Part shown: piece after piece, positions 8,770 to 17,715 of the stretch
Layout of the letters: each line of letters begins with the position of its first letter
Numbering within the stretch: the first letter of the stretch is position 1
Made by a program: the position numbers and the translations under genes
Origin: Bdellovibrionales bacterium
GTDB taxonomy: Archaea > Nanobdellota > Nanobdellia > Woesearchaeales > UBA583
Reading direction: 5' to 3'
Assembly: GCA_964217375.1 (NCBI GenBank)
Contig: CAXPJQ010000044.1
Coordinates: 934 to 64,933, forward strand
DNA length: 64,000 bases
Notes under the pieces: model-generated
Seen by the model: the letters and a program-made list of their open reading frames with translations, nothing else
Told to the model about the DNA's origin: nothing
Databases searched by the model: none

Positions 8770-9729
8770 ATGCTTCTAACTAAAGATAATTTGCTTCGAT
8801 TTGTAAGACAAAATAAATATACAACTCCAACTCAGGTAGCTTCTGATTTTGAAACATCAACTATGATTGCTTCAGCTGCTTTAAGTGAACTTGCAAAAGA
8901 GAATTCAATTAAAATTACAAATTTAAAATTATCTTCCTCACCTTATTATTATGATAATAATCAAAGAGAATCTTTGGTAGAGCTTGGGGAAAAACATTTT
9001 TCAGGAAATGAATTAAATATTTTTAATAAATTAAGAGAATCTCAGTTAATTAATAATGCTTCTTTAACTATTCCTGAACAACTAGCAATTTCAAAGATTT
9101 CAGATTTTGCAAAACCTCTTGACATTAAATATGATTCTTCAGACTTAAAATTTTGGGTCTGGTATTTAAGAGATATCAATGAAACTAGAGAACAAATTTT
9201 AGATTATCTTAAAGGTAGCAATTCTCAATCCTCTGGAACTAAAAAGTCAAGTTCTAAAGAGGAAAGTAAAATAACTAAAAAAGTTGAAGTTGCTCTTGAG
9301 GAAGAAACTAAAAAAATTGAACCTCAAAAAGAAAAAATTAAAGAAGAAATAAAACCTCAGCCTGAGGTGCCAGTAATTAAAGAAAATTCTTCAAAACAGA
9401 GAATTGTACCTGAATTTGAATCTCCAAATATGAATGTTGAAAAAGATAAAGTTGAAGAATTCATTGAAAACTATTTACATTCCAACTATCTAAAAATTGA
9501 AGAAAAAGATAAATTAGATGATGGTTATCTATACTCTGCAATTCTTAAGGTTAATAAGATTACAATTCATTTTGATTGTAGATACTTTTCAAAAAAACCT
9601 CAGGAGATTGACATTATTAAATTTTATACTTCCTCTATGAACCCAAAATTAGTTTTTATTGAAAATGCACCTAAAAAATTATTCAAGTTATCTGAGAATT
9701 TAGAAAATTTAGAACTAGTAAATATTTAA
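8770..9729 (+). CDS. hypothetical protein: N-terminal winged-helix-like region, E/K-rich linker, C-terminal Mrr/restriction-endonuclease-like fold (tentative)
   Basis: C-terminus EEFIENYLHSNYLKIEE..DDGYLYSAIL..ITIHFDCRYFSKK..EIDIIKFY..KLVFIENA follows the helix-D-(Q/D)x(K/R) layout of Mrr-type nuclease cores. Confidence 0.3.
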   Translation: MLLTKDNLLRFVRQNKYTTPTQVASDFETSTMIASAALSELAKENSIKITNLKLSSSPYYYDNNQRESLVELGEKHFSGNELNIFNKLRESQLINNASLTIPEQLAISKISDFAKPLDIKYDSSDLKFWVWYLRDINETREQILDYLKGSNSQSSGTKKSSSKEESKITKKVEVALEEETKKIEPQKEKIKEEIKPQPEVPVIKENSSKQRIVPEFESPNMNVEKDKVEEFIENYLHSNYLKIEEKDKLDDGYLYSAILKVNKITIHFDCRYFSKKPQEIDIIKFYTSSMNPKLVFIENAPKKLFKLSENLENLELVNI

Positions 9730-9730
9730 A

Positions 9731-9997
9731 ATGGATAACTATGAAAATTCACTTGCCCAAAGAATTGATTCTGAATTATCTAAAGGGAATTTTAGTGAAT
9801 TAAATAATTTAATTGAAAATAAATTACATAATTCTTCTCCAAAACTTGATACAAAAATTAATGTTATAGGGGTTGGATTTGTACCATTTTCTTCAAGATT
9901 AGATTTCCAAAATGATTCAGAACCAACAAAAAATATGCATCCCTTTGGAAGTTTTATTGGAAAAGAGAGTTATCTGAGAAGAGGATATAAAAAATGA
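9731..9997 (+). CDS. hypothetical small protein
   Basis: 88-aa ORF, 1 nt after the previous stop, with an ATGA overlap onto the next gene (operon context). Confidence 0.45.
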   Translation: MDNYENSLAQRIDSELSKGNFSELNNLIENKLHNSSPKLDTKINVIGVGFVPFSSRLDFQNDSEPTKNMHPFGSFIGKESYLRRGYKK

Positions 9998-10890
9998 AAT
10001 CAAAATTAATTCAAAATTTAAATTTTTTCCTAAAAGGTATGTTAATGGGGATTGCTGATTTAGTTCCAGGAATTTCAGGTGGAACTATTGCTTTTATTAC
10101 AGGAATTTATGTGAGGTTAATTCACGCAATTACTGAGTTAACTCCTAAAAATTTTATTTTAATATTAAAAGATCTTTTTAGAAAAGATTTCAAATCCGCT
10201 CAAAAGAAATTTATTGAATTTAGTTTTTTATTTTTACTTCTTTTATTTGCAGGTATTTTCACTTCGATAATATTAGGTTCAAAGTTAATTCATTATCTAT
10301 ATCTAAATTTTAATTCTGAGCTTTTAATTTTCTTCTCAGGTTTAATTTTAGCATCCTCTAAAATTATATTTAAAGAAATTGATAAACATAACTCATTTAA
10401 TATAGTATTTGGAATTGGAGGTATTCTACTTGGTTTATCTCTTCTATATATAACTCCTCTTGAAATTTTAAATCCTTCTTATTTAACAATATTATTTGGA
10501 GGTTTTTTAGCTGTATTTGCTTTATTTTTACCTGGTGTGTCAGGCTCTTTTATTCTTTTAGTTTTTGGATTATATGGATTTATAATTGATTCTCTTCAAA
10601 ATATCATTTCAAATTTAGATGTATTTTTAGTATTTGGAGTTGGTGCAATTTTAGGTATGGTAATTATATCAAGGTTAATTAAATATTTATTTAAAGAAAA
10701 TAAATCACTAACTCTCTATGTTTTACTTGGATTAGTTTTAGGTTCACTCTCAATCCCTTTAACTCAAGCTCAAGTTCAAATAAATCCTCAAAACTTCTAC
10801 ATTCATTTGATTTTATTTATTTTAGGAATTATTTCAGTTATTTTAATTGAAAAACTTTCAAATAAACTTCATTCATCAACTAAAGAATAA
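9994..10890 (+). CDS. DUF368-family membrane protein (polyprenyl-phosphate transporter family)
   Basis: Duplicated GIADLVPGISGGTIAFITGIY / FLPGVSGSFILLVFGLY motifs and about 8 hydrophobic helices. Confidence 0.7.
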   Translation: MKSKLIQNLNFFLKGMLMGIADLVPGISGGTIAFITGIYVRLIHAITELTPKNFILILKDLFRKDFKSAQKKFIEFSFLFLLLLFAGIFTSIILGSKLIHYLYLNFNSELLIFFSGLILASSKIIFKEIDKHNSFNIVFGIGGILLGLSLLYITPLEILNPSYLTILFGGFLAVFALFLPGVSGSFILLVFGLYGFIIDSLQNIISNLDVFLVFGVGAILGMVIISRLIKYLFKENKSLTLYVLLGLVLGSLSIPLTQAQVQINPQNFYIHLILFILGIISVILIEKLSNKLHSSTKE

Positions 10891-11264
10891 TCTTCATCTA
10901 GGAGTTCAAATTCTTTTAATTTATCATTTTCATAATACACAAATCTAATCCCAACACCTGCCCTTAAAATTGCATTCATTACAGCCATATGTTCATTCCC
11001 TGACCCTGAACTTTGATTTATTGCAACATCAAATTCTCCTTTTAATTGTGACTTGAAAACTTTAGTTAGTTTTGTAAACATCTCATCTAAATTATTTTCA
11101 TCTATTTGTAATTTAATTGCCTTTGATGGAGATATTTCAAAAGTTTTATATGCAAACTCATTACATATAAGAAGAACTTTACTCCATTTTTCTTTATTAA
11201 CTAAATCTAAAACTTGTTTCCAAGTTCCTTTTCCTGAAGACACATGCGCAATTAATACTGTCAT
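10869..11264 (-). CDS. hypothetical small Rossmann-like protein (possible minimal CARF-like fold)
   Basis: Beta-alpha pattern VLIAHVSSGKG..KVLLICN..FDVAINQSSGSGNEHMAVMNAILRAG..IRFVYYE. Confidence 0.25.
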   Translation of the reverse strand: MTVLIAHVSSGKGTWKQVLDLVNKEKWSKVLLICNEFAYKTFEISPSKAIKLQIDENNLDEMFTKLTKVFKSQLKGEFDVAINQSSGSGNEHMAVMNAILRAGVGIRFVYYENDKLKEFELLDEDYSLVDE

Positions 11265-11297
11265 TATAATAAAGAATAGAAATAATAATTTATAATT

Positions 11298-11810
11298 TTA
11301 TGCTTCTAAAATATAATCCTCTATTTTTTTAGATTTTGGAAATTTTTTTCTAAAAGTAGGAAGTATTCTATAAAATGGATTCTCATCTCTTAATACTACT
11401 TCTTCACCATTTTCAGAGATTAATGTATAATCTTGTGAATCTATTTTTTCAGAAGTTTGACTACTTGATTGCAATCCTTTTTTTTCATGAGGTCCAACAA
11501 AACAATTAGGAAATTCTTTCTTAATTAATTCATCAATTGAAATATAATCCCTTACAGCTCCATTTATATGTTTAATTTGAAAATCTCTAAGATATTCATT
11601 TGTAAATTCAATTGATACAAAGGGAATATATTTCTTATTTGAATAATCATATGTTTTAATATTAACTTGAAAATAGACTTTTCCTTCAATTGGTTCTGTT
11701 TTACTAGTTAGATCACTAATTTCATAAATTCCACTTGGCAAAATATTTTTTAAATATTTTAAATTGTTTTTAGTACTATTTTCAAGAGTTACCACTAGAT
11801 TAAATGACAA
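11298..11810 (-). CDS. hypothetical protein
   Basis: 170-aa ORF in a co-oriented gene string. No recognisable motif. Confidence 0.5.
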   Translation of the reverse strand: MSFNLVVTLENSTKNNLKYLKNILPSGIYEISDLTSKTEPIEGKVYFQVNIKTYDYSNKKYIPFVSIEFTNEYLRDFQIKHINGAVRDYISIDELIKKEFPNCFVGPHEKKGLQSSSQTSEKIDSQDYTLISENGEEVVLRDENPFYRILPTFRKKFPKSKKIEDYILEA

Positions 11811-11833
11811 CCCTTACTTATTTTTAAAGCTAA

Positions 11834-12625
11834 CTATTTCTTTAGATAGACAATTTTTTTATCTGAACTTAATTCTTGAGAGTATTCATACCCACTTGAA
11901 TGAGAAAATTTTTCTAGATCATTTCTTGAAATTGTCTCAAATTTAAGTATATAGTTAATTATTTCTCCTTTTAATACTTTAGAATTATGTCCTGCTTGTT
12001 TATATTTATTTTTCTCTCCTATAAAATCCATAAATGTAATCTCAAAATATTCTATATTTGAATAATAACTTACAACTTTTCTATGACTCTCAGGTAAAAT
12101 GTCAATTACTATTTTTTCTTTAAATAAAAAATCAAAGTGTCCTTTTAATCTTAATTTCCAGAATTTAACTAAATTTATATCTAAGAATTTAGAACCTATT
12201 TTTAATTTGTATTCAGGTGTCAAGTCAAGAGGTCTTAAAAGTCCAAATAAACCATCTATAAAAATCACACTGGAATCAAATCTATTTTTTTTATCTTCAT
12301 TTAATTTTTCATAATTTATTGATTTAAACATAACTCCATCAAATCTATTAATTGCATTAAGAGTTGGTGAATTTAACATATCTAAAATACTTTCTATACT
12401 TTCTTGTAATTTTTTCCCTTTCACATCAAATATTTTTTCTACTTCTTCTTGGGATAACTCATTAAGTGCTTCTCTTAATTTATTATATACTTCTTCCCTA
12501 TCAAATTGTAGGGAGTTAAAAGAATTATGTTTTTTTAAATTTTCAACTACTCTATAGGGTTTAGTTTCATCTCCACCCTTTTTTTTCCCCTCAGATGGAG
12601 GAAGTAAAATTGTGTAATTTGTCAT
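11834..12625 (-). CDS. yaaA: YaaA/DUF328 (UPF0246) family protein
   Basis: GLFGLLRPLDLTPEYKLKIGSKF...LVKFWK parallels E. coli YaaA [21 protein letters not shown]...LYQFWG. Confidence 0.65.
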   Translation of the reverse strand: MTNYTILLPPSEGKKKGGDETKPYRVVENLKKHNSFNSLQFDREEVYNKLREALNELSQEEVEKIFDVKGKKLQESIESILDMLNSPTLNAINRFDGVMFKSINYEKLNEDKKNRFDSSVIFIDGLFGLLRPLDLTPEYKLKIGSKFLDINLVKFWKLRLKGHFDFLFKEKIVIDILPESHRKVVSYYSNIEYFEITFMDFIGEKNKYKQAGHNSKVLKGEIINYILKFETISRNDLEKFSHSSGYEYSQELSSDKKIVYLKK

Positions 12626-12658
12626 AACTAAATTTTAATTTTTAGTATTTAAATAATT

Positions 12659-13486
12659 TTAGAACTTCCCTAAGATTCTAACTTCTTTTGAAAAGAAATT
12701 TAATTCCTCTAATGCAAGTTTTGCATTATTACTTTCTAAATCATCTTCAATGTCTACAAAAAATACATATGAAAATTTTTCTTTTTTATTTGGCCTACTC
12801 TCAATTTTAGTTAAATTTAATCCATAAGTTGCAAAAGCTCCAAGACATTTATATAACGCACCAGGAGTATCTTTACTCTCAAAAACAAGTTTAGATTTTC
12901 CATAAAACTTTAATTTGTTTTCAAATTCAAATTTTTCCCCTTTTTTTTTAACAAGTAAAAATCTAGTTGTATTATCATCTACATTTCTAATATTCCTCTC
13001 TAAAACTTTTAATCCATAAACTTGAGCTGCAAACTCAGAGGAAATTGATGCTATTTTTAAATCATTTTTTGAAACAAAATCAGCACTACCTGCTGTATCT
13101 AGATATGATTCATAATTTAAATTATTTTTTTCAAGAAATTTTTCACACTGTGCAAGAGCTTGAGGATGAGAGATTACTTTTTCTATTTCATTAATTGAAT
13201 TAATATTATCTTTTACAAGTAAACAGTGATCAATTTCAAGAAAGATTTCCCCCATTATCTCAAAATCATATTCAAGTAACAAGTCATAACATTCAACTAC
13301 TGATCCTGCATTTGAATTCTCAATTGGAACTATTCCAAGTTTAGTTTTATTTTCAATACTCTCAAATAATTCTCTAAAATTTTTACATGGTTTTGATTCA
13401 AATTGTATTTCATTCTTTTTAGCAAAATCAAATATTGCCTGTTCTGAATATGCACCAGATTTTCCTTGAAAGGATACTAGACTCAT
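12659..13486 (-). CDS. pheA: prephenate dehydratase with C-terminal ACT domain
   Basis: SFQGKSGAYSEQA start, TRFLLV, then ACT-like PGALYKCLGAFATYGLNLTKIESRP. 4-nt overlap with valS. Confidence 0.8.
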   Translation of the reverse strand: MSLVSFQGKSGAYSEQAIFDFAKKNEIQFESKPCKNFRELFESIENKTKLGIVPIENSNAGSVVECYDLLLEYDFEIMGEIFLEIDHCLLVKDNINSINEIEKVISHPQALAQCEKFLEKNNLNYESYLDTAGSADFVSKNDLKIASISSEFAAQVYGLKVLERNIRNVDDNTTRFLLVKKKGEKFEFENKLKFYGKSKLVFESKDTPGALYKCLGAFATYGLNLTKIESRPNKKEKFSYVFFVDIEDDLESNNAKLALEELNFFSKEVRILGKF

Positions 13487-16065
13487 TCTTCTAAAAGTTT
13501 AATTGAAACTTTAACATTATTGGTTCCAGTTTCAATTTCTGCAGATTCAAATTTAATTTCAATAGATCCAGTTACTGCCTTTAAATCCTCAATACTATCT
13601 TCAATGAATTCTTGATCTTGATTTGAACACTCAATTATTAACTCCTTAATTTGAGTTTTCATTGAAACTTGTTTTTCTGATTTGAATTTTCTACATGCTG
13701 CAACAATTGATACAAAACTCTCTCCACTATTTTGTAACTCAACATTTTCAAATTCAGTTCTTACTTTTGGCCATGTTGTTAAATGGATTGATTTTTCATT
13801 CTCAAAGTTTGCAAAGAAATCTTGATAAACTTCTTCTGTTACAAATGGCATAAATGGTGCAAGTCCTCTAACTGCATTATAAATTGCAAAGTATTGTGCT
13901 TTTTGTGCTTTTCTACATTCATTCTCTCCTCTCTCCTCGGGTTTCCATAACCTTTGTTTAACAATTTCAATGTAATTATCTGCTAAATCTCTCATGAAGA
14001 AATTTTCAAATTCTTTTTTTGCAGTAGAATAATCATAGTTTTCAAATGCTGCTGTTGCTTTTTTAATTGTTCCTTGTAATTTAGATAAAATCCATCTATC
14101 TATTGATCTTAATTCATTTAAATTTGTAATTTCTAATTCTTCTTTTGAGATTTCTTTAATTAACATGTCTGTAAATTTTGTCGCATTAAATATTTTATTT
14201 GCAACAGCAAGACCAGATTTAACTTCTTTTTCTTGATAATTTAAATCATATCCTAACTTAGATGTTGCAGACATAAATCTTAGAGCATCATTTGAAAATT
14301 TAGAAACTACTTCTTGTGGTGAGACTCCATTGCCTTTTGATTTACTCATCTTTTTACCTTGAGGGTCAAGCAACCAACCAGATACCGCAACATCATCAAA
14401 AGGATTAATCTCATCAATTAAATTTGATTTAGCCATTGAATAAAATAACCAAAAATTAATAATGTCATGGGCTTGAGGTCTTAGAGACATTGGAAACATT
14501 TCTGCTCTTAATTTTTCATCTTTAATATTACTTAATGCTAAATGTGTTGAACTAGCTGAAGTAAACCATGTATCAAGCACATCACTTTCCCCCACTAATT
14601 CTCCTCCACATTCACAATTATCAACTGGAGCTTTATCTCTAGTTGGGTCTACAGGTAATTGACTCTCCTCAGGTAAATAGTGTTTAGAACAATTTGAACA
14701 AGTCCAAATAGGAATTGGAATTCCAAAATGTCTTTGTCTTGAAAATCCCCAATCCCAATTTAATCCTTCAATCCAAGATTCTAACCTATTTTTCATAAAT
14801 TCAGGTTTCCAATTAAATTTTTGAGCTTGTTCAAAAAAATGTTCTTTTTTGTCAAGATATTTAGCATACCATTGTTTTGTCACAATATATTCAACTTCAA
14901 CTCCTGATCTCTCTCCAACATTTACAATTTGTTTTTTCTTTTCTTTTTTGATAATATCACCACTCTCTTCCATGTCAGTAATAATTTCTTTTCTTGCATT
15001 CTCTGCAAGCATTCCAGAATATTTTCCTGCAATGTCATTTAATTTTCCATATATATTTAAAACAGAAATTGGAGTAACTCCATGTCTTGAAACCCATTCT
15101 TTATCCTCAAGTCCACCATAAGTACAAAAATAAGCAATACCTGTTCCAAAATCTGCTTTAACTGCAATATCATGAGAGATCTCAACTACTTTGTTAACAA
15201 CTGGAATTTTAATCTTTTGTCCAATTAAATCTTGTCCTTTTAATTTTTCAACAACTTCAAATTCAAACCCTGAAAATTTTTCTTCATATGTTGCAGATCC
15301 ACAAATCCAGAATTCATCCCCAACTTTTAATTTCACATAATCTCCAACATCTTGAACTGATGCACCCACTACTCCAAAACATAACTCAGGTCTTGTTGTT
15401 GCATAAATCACATATGTATTTTCACTCTCTTCAATTTTAGCTTTTACATAATTAAGAAATGCTTCTCTTTCAATATCTTCAAGTTCAGCTTGAGCAATTG
15501 CAGTTTGAAATTTTCTATCCCATAAAACAGGTCCTTCCCTTTGTTCAATTAAATCTTTATTATATAATTTAATAAAACTTGTCTGAGATATTTTTCTTGA
15601 CCTCGTATCAATTGTTGAATATTTTAAATTCTCAAAATCTGCAGATACACCTAAATTTTTCCAATCTGAAACAAAATCTTCTCTTGCATTTTCAAGGTAT
15701 TCATTTGTAATTTGAAAAGCTTCCTCTCTACTTACTTTTCTTAGATCTACTTTTTTTTCTTTTTGAACTAAATTCTCAGTTGGAAGTCCATTATCATCAG
15801 TTCCAAATGGATAAAATACTTCAAATCCATTCATTCTTTTATATCTTGCAATAAAATCAGTTTGAGTATATGAAAAAGCATGTCCTGCATGCATTTTTCC
15901 AGACATTGTTGGAGGAGGAGTGTCAATTGAAAAAATTGGTTTAGATGTATTTTCATTAAAACTATAAATTTTATTATCTTCCCAAAACTTTAAGATCTCT
16001 TTTTCTTTTTCTTGTGCATTATATTTTTGAGGAAATTTACTCTCTTGTGTCATATTAAAACTCAT
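13483..16065 (-). CDS. valS: valyl-tRNA synthetase
   Basis: Class I HIGH-type PPPTMSGKMHAGHAF and KMSKSKGN motifs, 860 aa. The second Met (16053) is an alternative start. Confidence 0.93.
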   Translation of the reverse strand: MSFNMTQESKFPQKYNAQEKEKEILKFWEDNKIYSFNENTSKPIFSIDTPPPTMSGKMHAGHAFSYTQTDFIARYKRMNGFEVFYPFGTDDNGLPTENLVQKEKKVDLRKVSREEAFQITNEYLENAREDFVSDWKNLGVSADFENLKYSTIDTRSRKISQTSFIKLYNKDLIEQREGPVLWDRKFQTAIAQAELEDIEREAFLNYVKAKIEESENTYVIYATTRPELCFGVVGASVQDVGDYVKLKVGDEFWICGSATYEEKFSGFEFEVVEKLKGQDLIGQKIKIPVVNKVVEISHDIAVKADFGTGIAYFCTYGGLEDKEWVSRHGVTPISVLNIYGKLNDIAGKYSGMLAENARKEIITDMEESGDIIKKEKKKQIVNVGERSGVEVEYIVTKQWYAKYLDKKEHFFEQAQKFNWKPEFMKNRLESWIEGLNWDWGFSRQRHFGIPIPIWTCSNCSKHYLPEESQLPVDPTRDKAPVDNCECGGELVGESDVLDTWFTSASSTHLALSNIKDEKLRAEMFPMSLRPQAHDIINFWLFYSMAKSNLIDEINPFDDVAVSGWLLDPQGKKMSKSKGNGVSPQEVVSKFSNDALRFMSATSKLGYDLNYQEKEVKSGLAVANKIFNATKFTDMLIKEISKEELEITNLNELRSIDRWILSKLQGTIKKATAAFENYDYSTAKKEFENFFMRDLADNYIEIVKQRLWKPEERGENECRKAQKAQYFAIYNAVRGLAPFMPFVTEEVYQDFFANFENEKSIHLTTWPKVRTEFENVELQNSGESFVSIVAACRKFKSEKQVSMKTQIKELIIECSNQDQEFIEDSIEDLKAVTGSIEIKFESAEIETGTNNVKVSIKLLEE

Positions 16066-16112
16066 TTATTAAAGTATATAAATATTGTGGGAATATATAT
16101 TCGAAAGTATTA

Positions 16113-16931
16113 TTAAAATTCAGGGTATTGATTGTCTTCAAATTCTCTTGCTAAGTTAGAAATAGAATCGCTATTAAAATCCTCTGGAAGTATTAAATCT
16201 CTTTGTTGAAGTTTTCTTCTATATCTTAAGAAATTACGTCTTATTGTAAAATCTGATTCATTTGTATTATTTATTATTTTTTGAAATTGTTGATTTATAA
16301 TTTCACTTATTGGCATATTAAATAAAAGAGAATAACTTAGATGTTCAATAGTTTGATTTATAGTATTATTCTGTGGAATTATTTTATTTTCTTCTCTATT
16401 ATCTACTAAAAAATCAACTAACTCTTTAATATATAAATGAGCTAATTTAGATTTTTTAAAAGATGTTAAAATTGAAACATATTCTCCAAGTAAATTTAAA
16501 TTTAAAGTGAAATATTCTTTTCTAATCTCAGGTAAAATTATTTCATTTTCTAACCTGCCTAATGCAAGTGCGGCAGTTTTTCTTAATAATTTAGAATTAT
16601 CATGTAAAAATATTTCTCTTAACTTATCAAATGAATCCTTATATTTTAATTTACCTAAATCCTCAATTATATAATATCTTCCCCAATTTGGAGATTTGTC
16701 AATATCTAAATTTGTATTTGCAATCTTTAGAAAAAATGGAGTATCTCTTAAACAAGATATATCACAAAATTCAGGGATAGCCTCATCTAATAAAAAAAAA
16801 TCCATAGAATCCAAACTATTTATAATCCTTTGAACTGAAATATAAGGATTTTCAATAAATTTATATCTATATTCCCCAAGTTCATCTACTTGATGAAATC
16901 CACTTCCTAAAATTTCTCTTGGAAACTTCAT
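16113..16931 (-). CDS. hypothetical protein with HEAT-like repeat
   Basis: LLRKTAALALGRLENEIILPEI resembles a HEAT/PBS-lyase repeat. The rest is helical with no other motif. Confidence 0.4.
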   Translation of the reverse strand: MKFPREILGSGFHQVDELGEYRYKFIENPYISVQRIINSLDSMDFFLLDEAIPEFCDISCLRDTPFFLKIANTNLDIDKSPNWGRYYIIEDLGKLKYKDSFDKLREIFLHDNSKLLRKTAALALGRLENEIILPEIRKEYFTLNLNLLGEYVSILTSFKKSKLAHLYIKELVDFLVDNREENKIIPQNNTINQTIEHLSYSLLFNMPISEIINQQFQKIINNTNESDFTIRRNFLRYRRKLQQRDLILPEDFNSDSISNLAREFEDNQYPEF

Positions 16932-16973
16932 TTCTAAACTAAAAAGTAGTATTCTTTTATTTTTATAAAATTA

Positions 16974-16981
16974 TTTATAAA
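16974..16981 (+). promoter_or_regulatory. TATA box (TTTATAAA) for 17003..17713; a second copy at 16962..16969 may serve the divergent gene
   Basis: Exact octamers in the 71-nt divergent spacer, 22-29 nt from the ATG at 17003 and 31-38 nt from the ATG at 16931. Confidence 0.5.
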
Positions 16982-17002
16982 AAAGAGAGTATTTCTTTTA
17001 CT

Positions 17003-17713
17003 ATGGAGAAACAACGTGTACAAAAATTTATTCAACTCTCAGGATTATATTCTAGGCGAAAAGCTGAAGAATTAATTGCAAAAGGGTTAGTTAAAGTAAA
17101 TAATGAAGTTATTTCATTGGGAGATATGTGCACACAAAATGATGAAATTAAAATTAATGATCAAAAAATAAATTTTGAAAATAAAACTAAAAAATATTAT
17201 CTTTTAAATAAATCTAGAGGTTATGTTTGTTCAAATGATGATCCACACAATAAAGAAACAGTTTTTGACTTATTAAAGGGAGAAGATACAACAGGATTAT
17301 TCTCAGTTGGCCGATTAGATAAAGATACTACTGGTCTTTTAATTTTAACAAATGATGGAGACTTTGCAAATAAAATTATTCATCCTAGTTCAAAAATAAA
17401 AAAAGAATATATTGCAAAATTAAATAAAAAATTAGATTTAAATCATAAAAAACAAATTGAGAAGGGAATTATTTTAGATGATTATAAATTAACTCCTTGT
17501 TCTATTAAACAACTAGGTGATAAATTTTTAATTAAAATTAATGAAGGCAAGAAGAGACAAATTAGACGTATGTTTGAAAAGTTTAATTATTTGGTAACTG
17601 ATCTTGAGAGAATAAAAATTGGAAAATTAGAATTAAGAAAATCCGGGTTAAGACCAGGAAAATTCAAAAAAGTAAATTTAGAATTACTAGAAAAAGAAAT
17701 ATTTAACTTTTAA
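17003..17713 (+). CDS. RsuA/RluB-family rRNA pseudouridine synthase with S4 domain
   Basis: N-terminal S4-like RVQKFIQLSGLYSRRKAEELI and catalytic GRLDKDTTGLLILTNDG. Confidence 0.85.
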   Translation: MEKQRVQKFIQLSGLYSRRKAEELIAKGLVKVNNEVISLGDMCTQNDEIKINDQKINFENKTKKYYLLNKSRGYVCSNDDPHNKETVFDLLKGEDTTGLFSVGRLDKDTTGLLILTNDGDFANKIIHPSSKIKKEYIAKLNKKLDLNHKKQIEKGIILDDYKLTPCSIKQLGDKFLIKINEGKKRQIRRMFEKFNYLVTDLERIKIGKLELRKSGLRPGKFKKVNLELLEKEIFNF

Positions 17714-17715
17714 AA

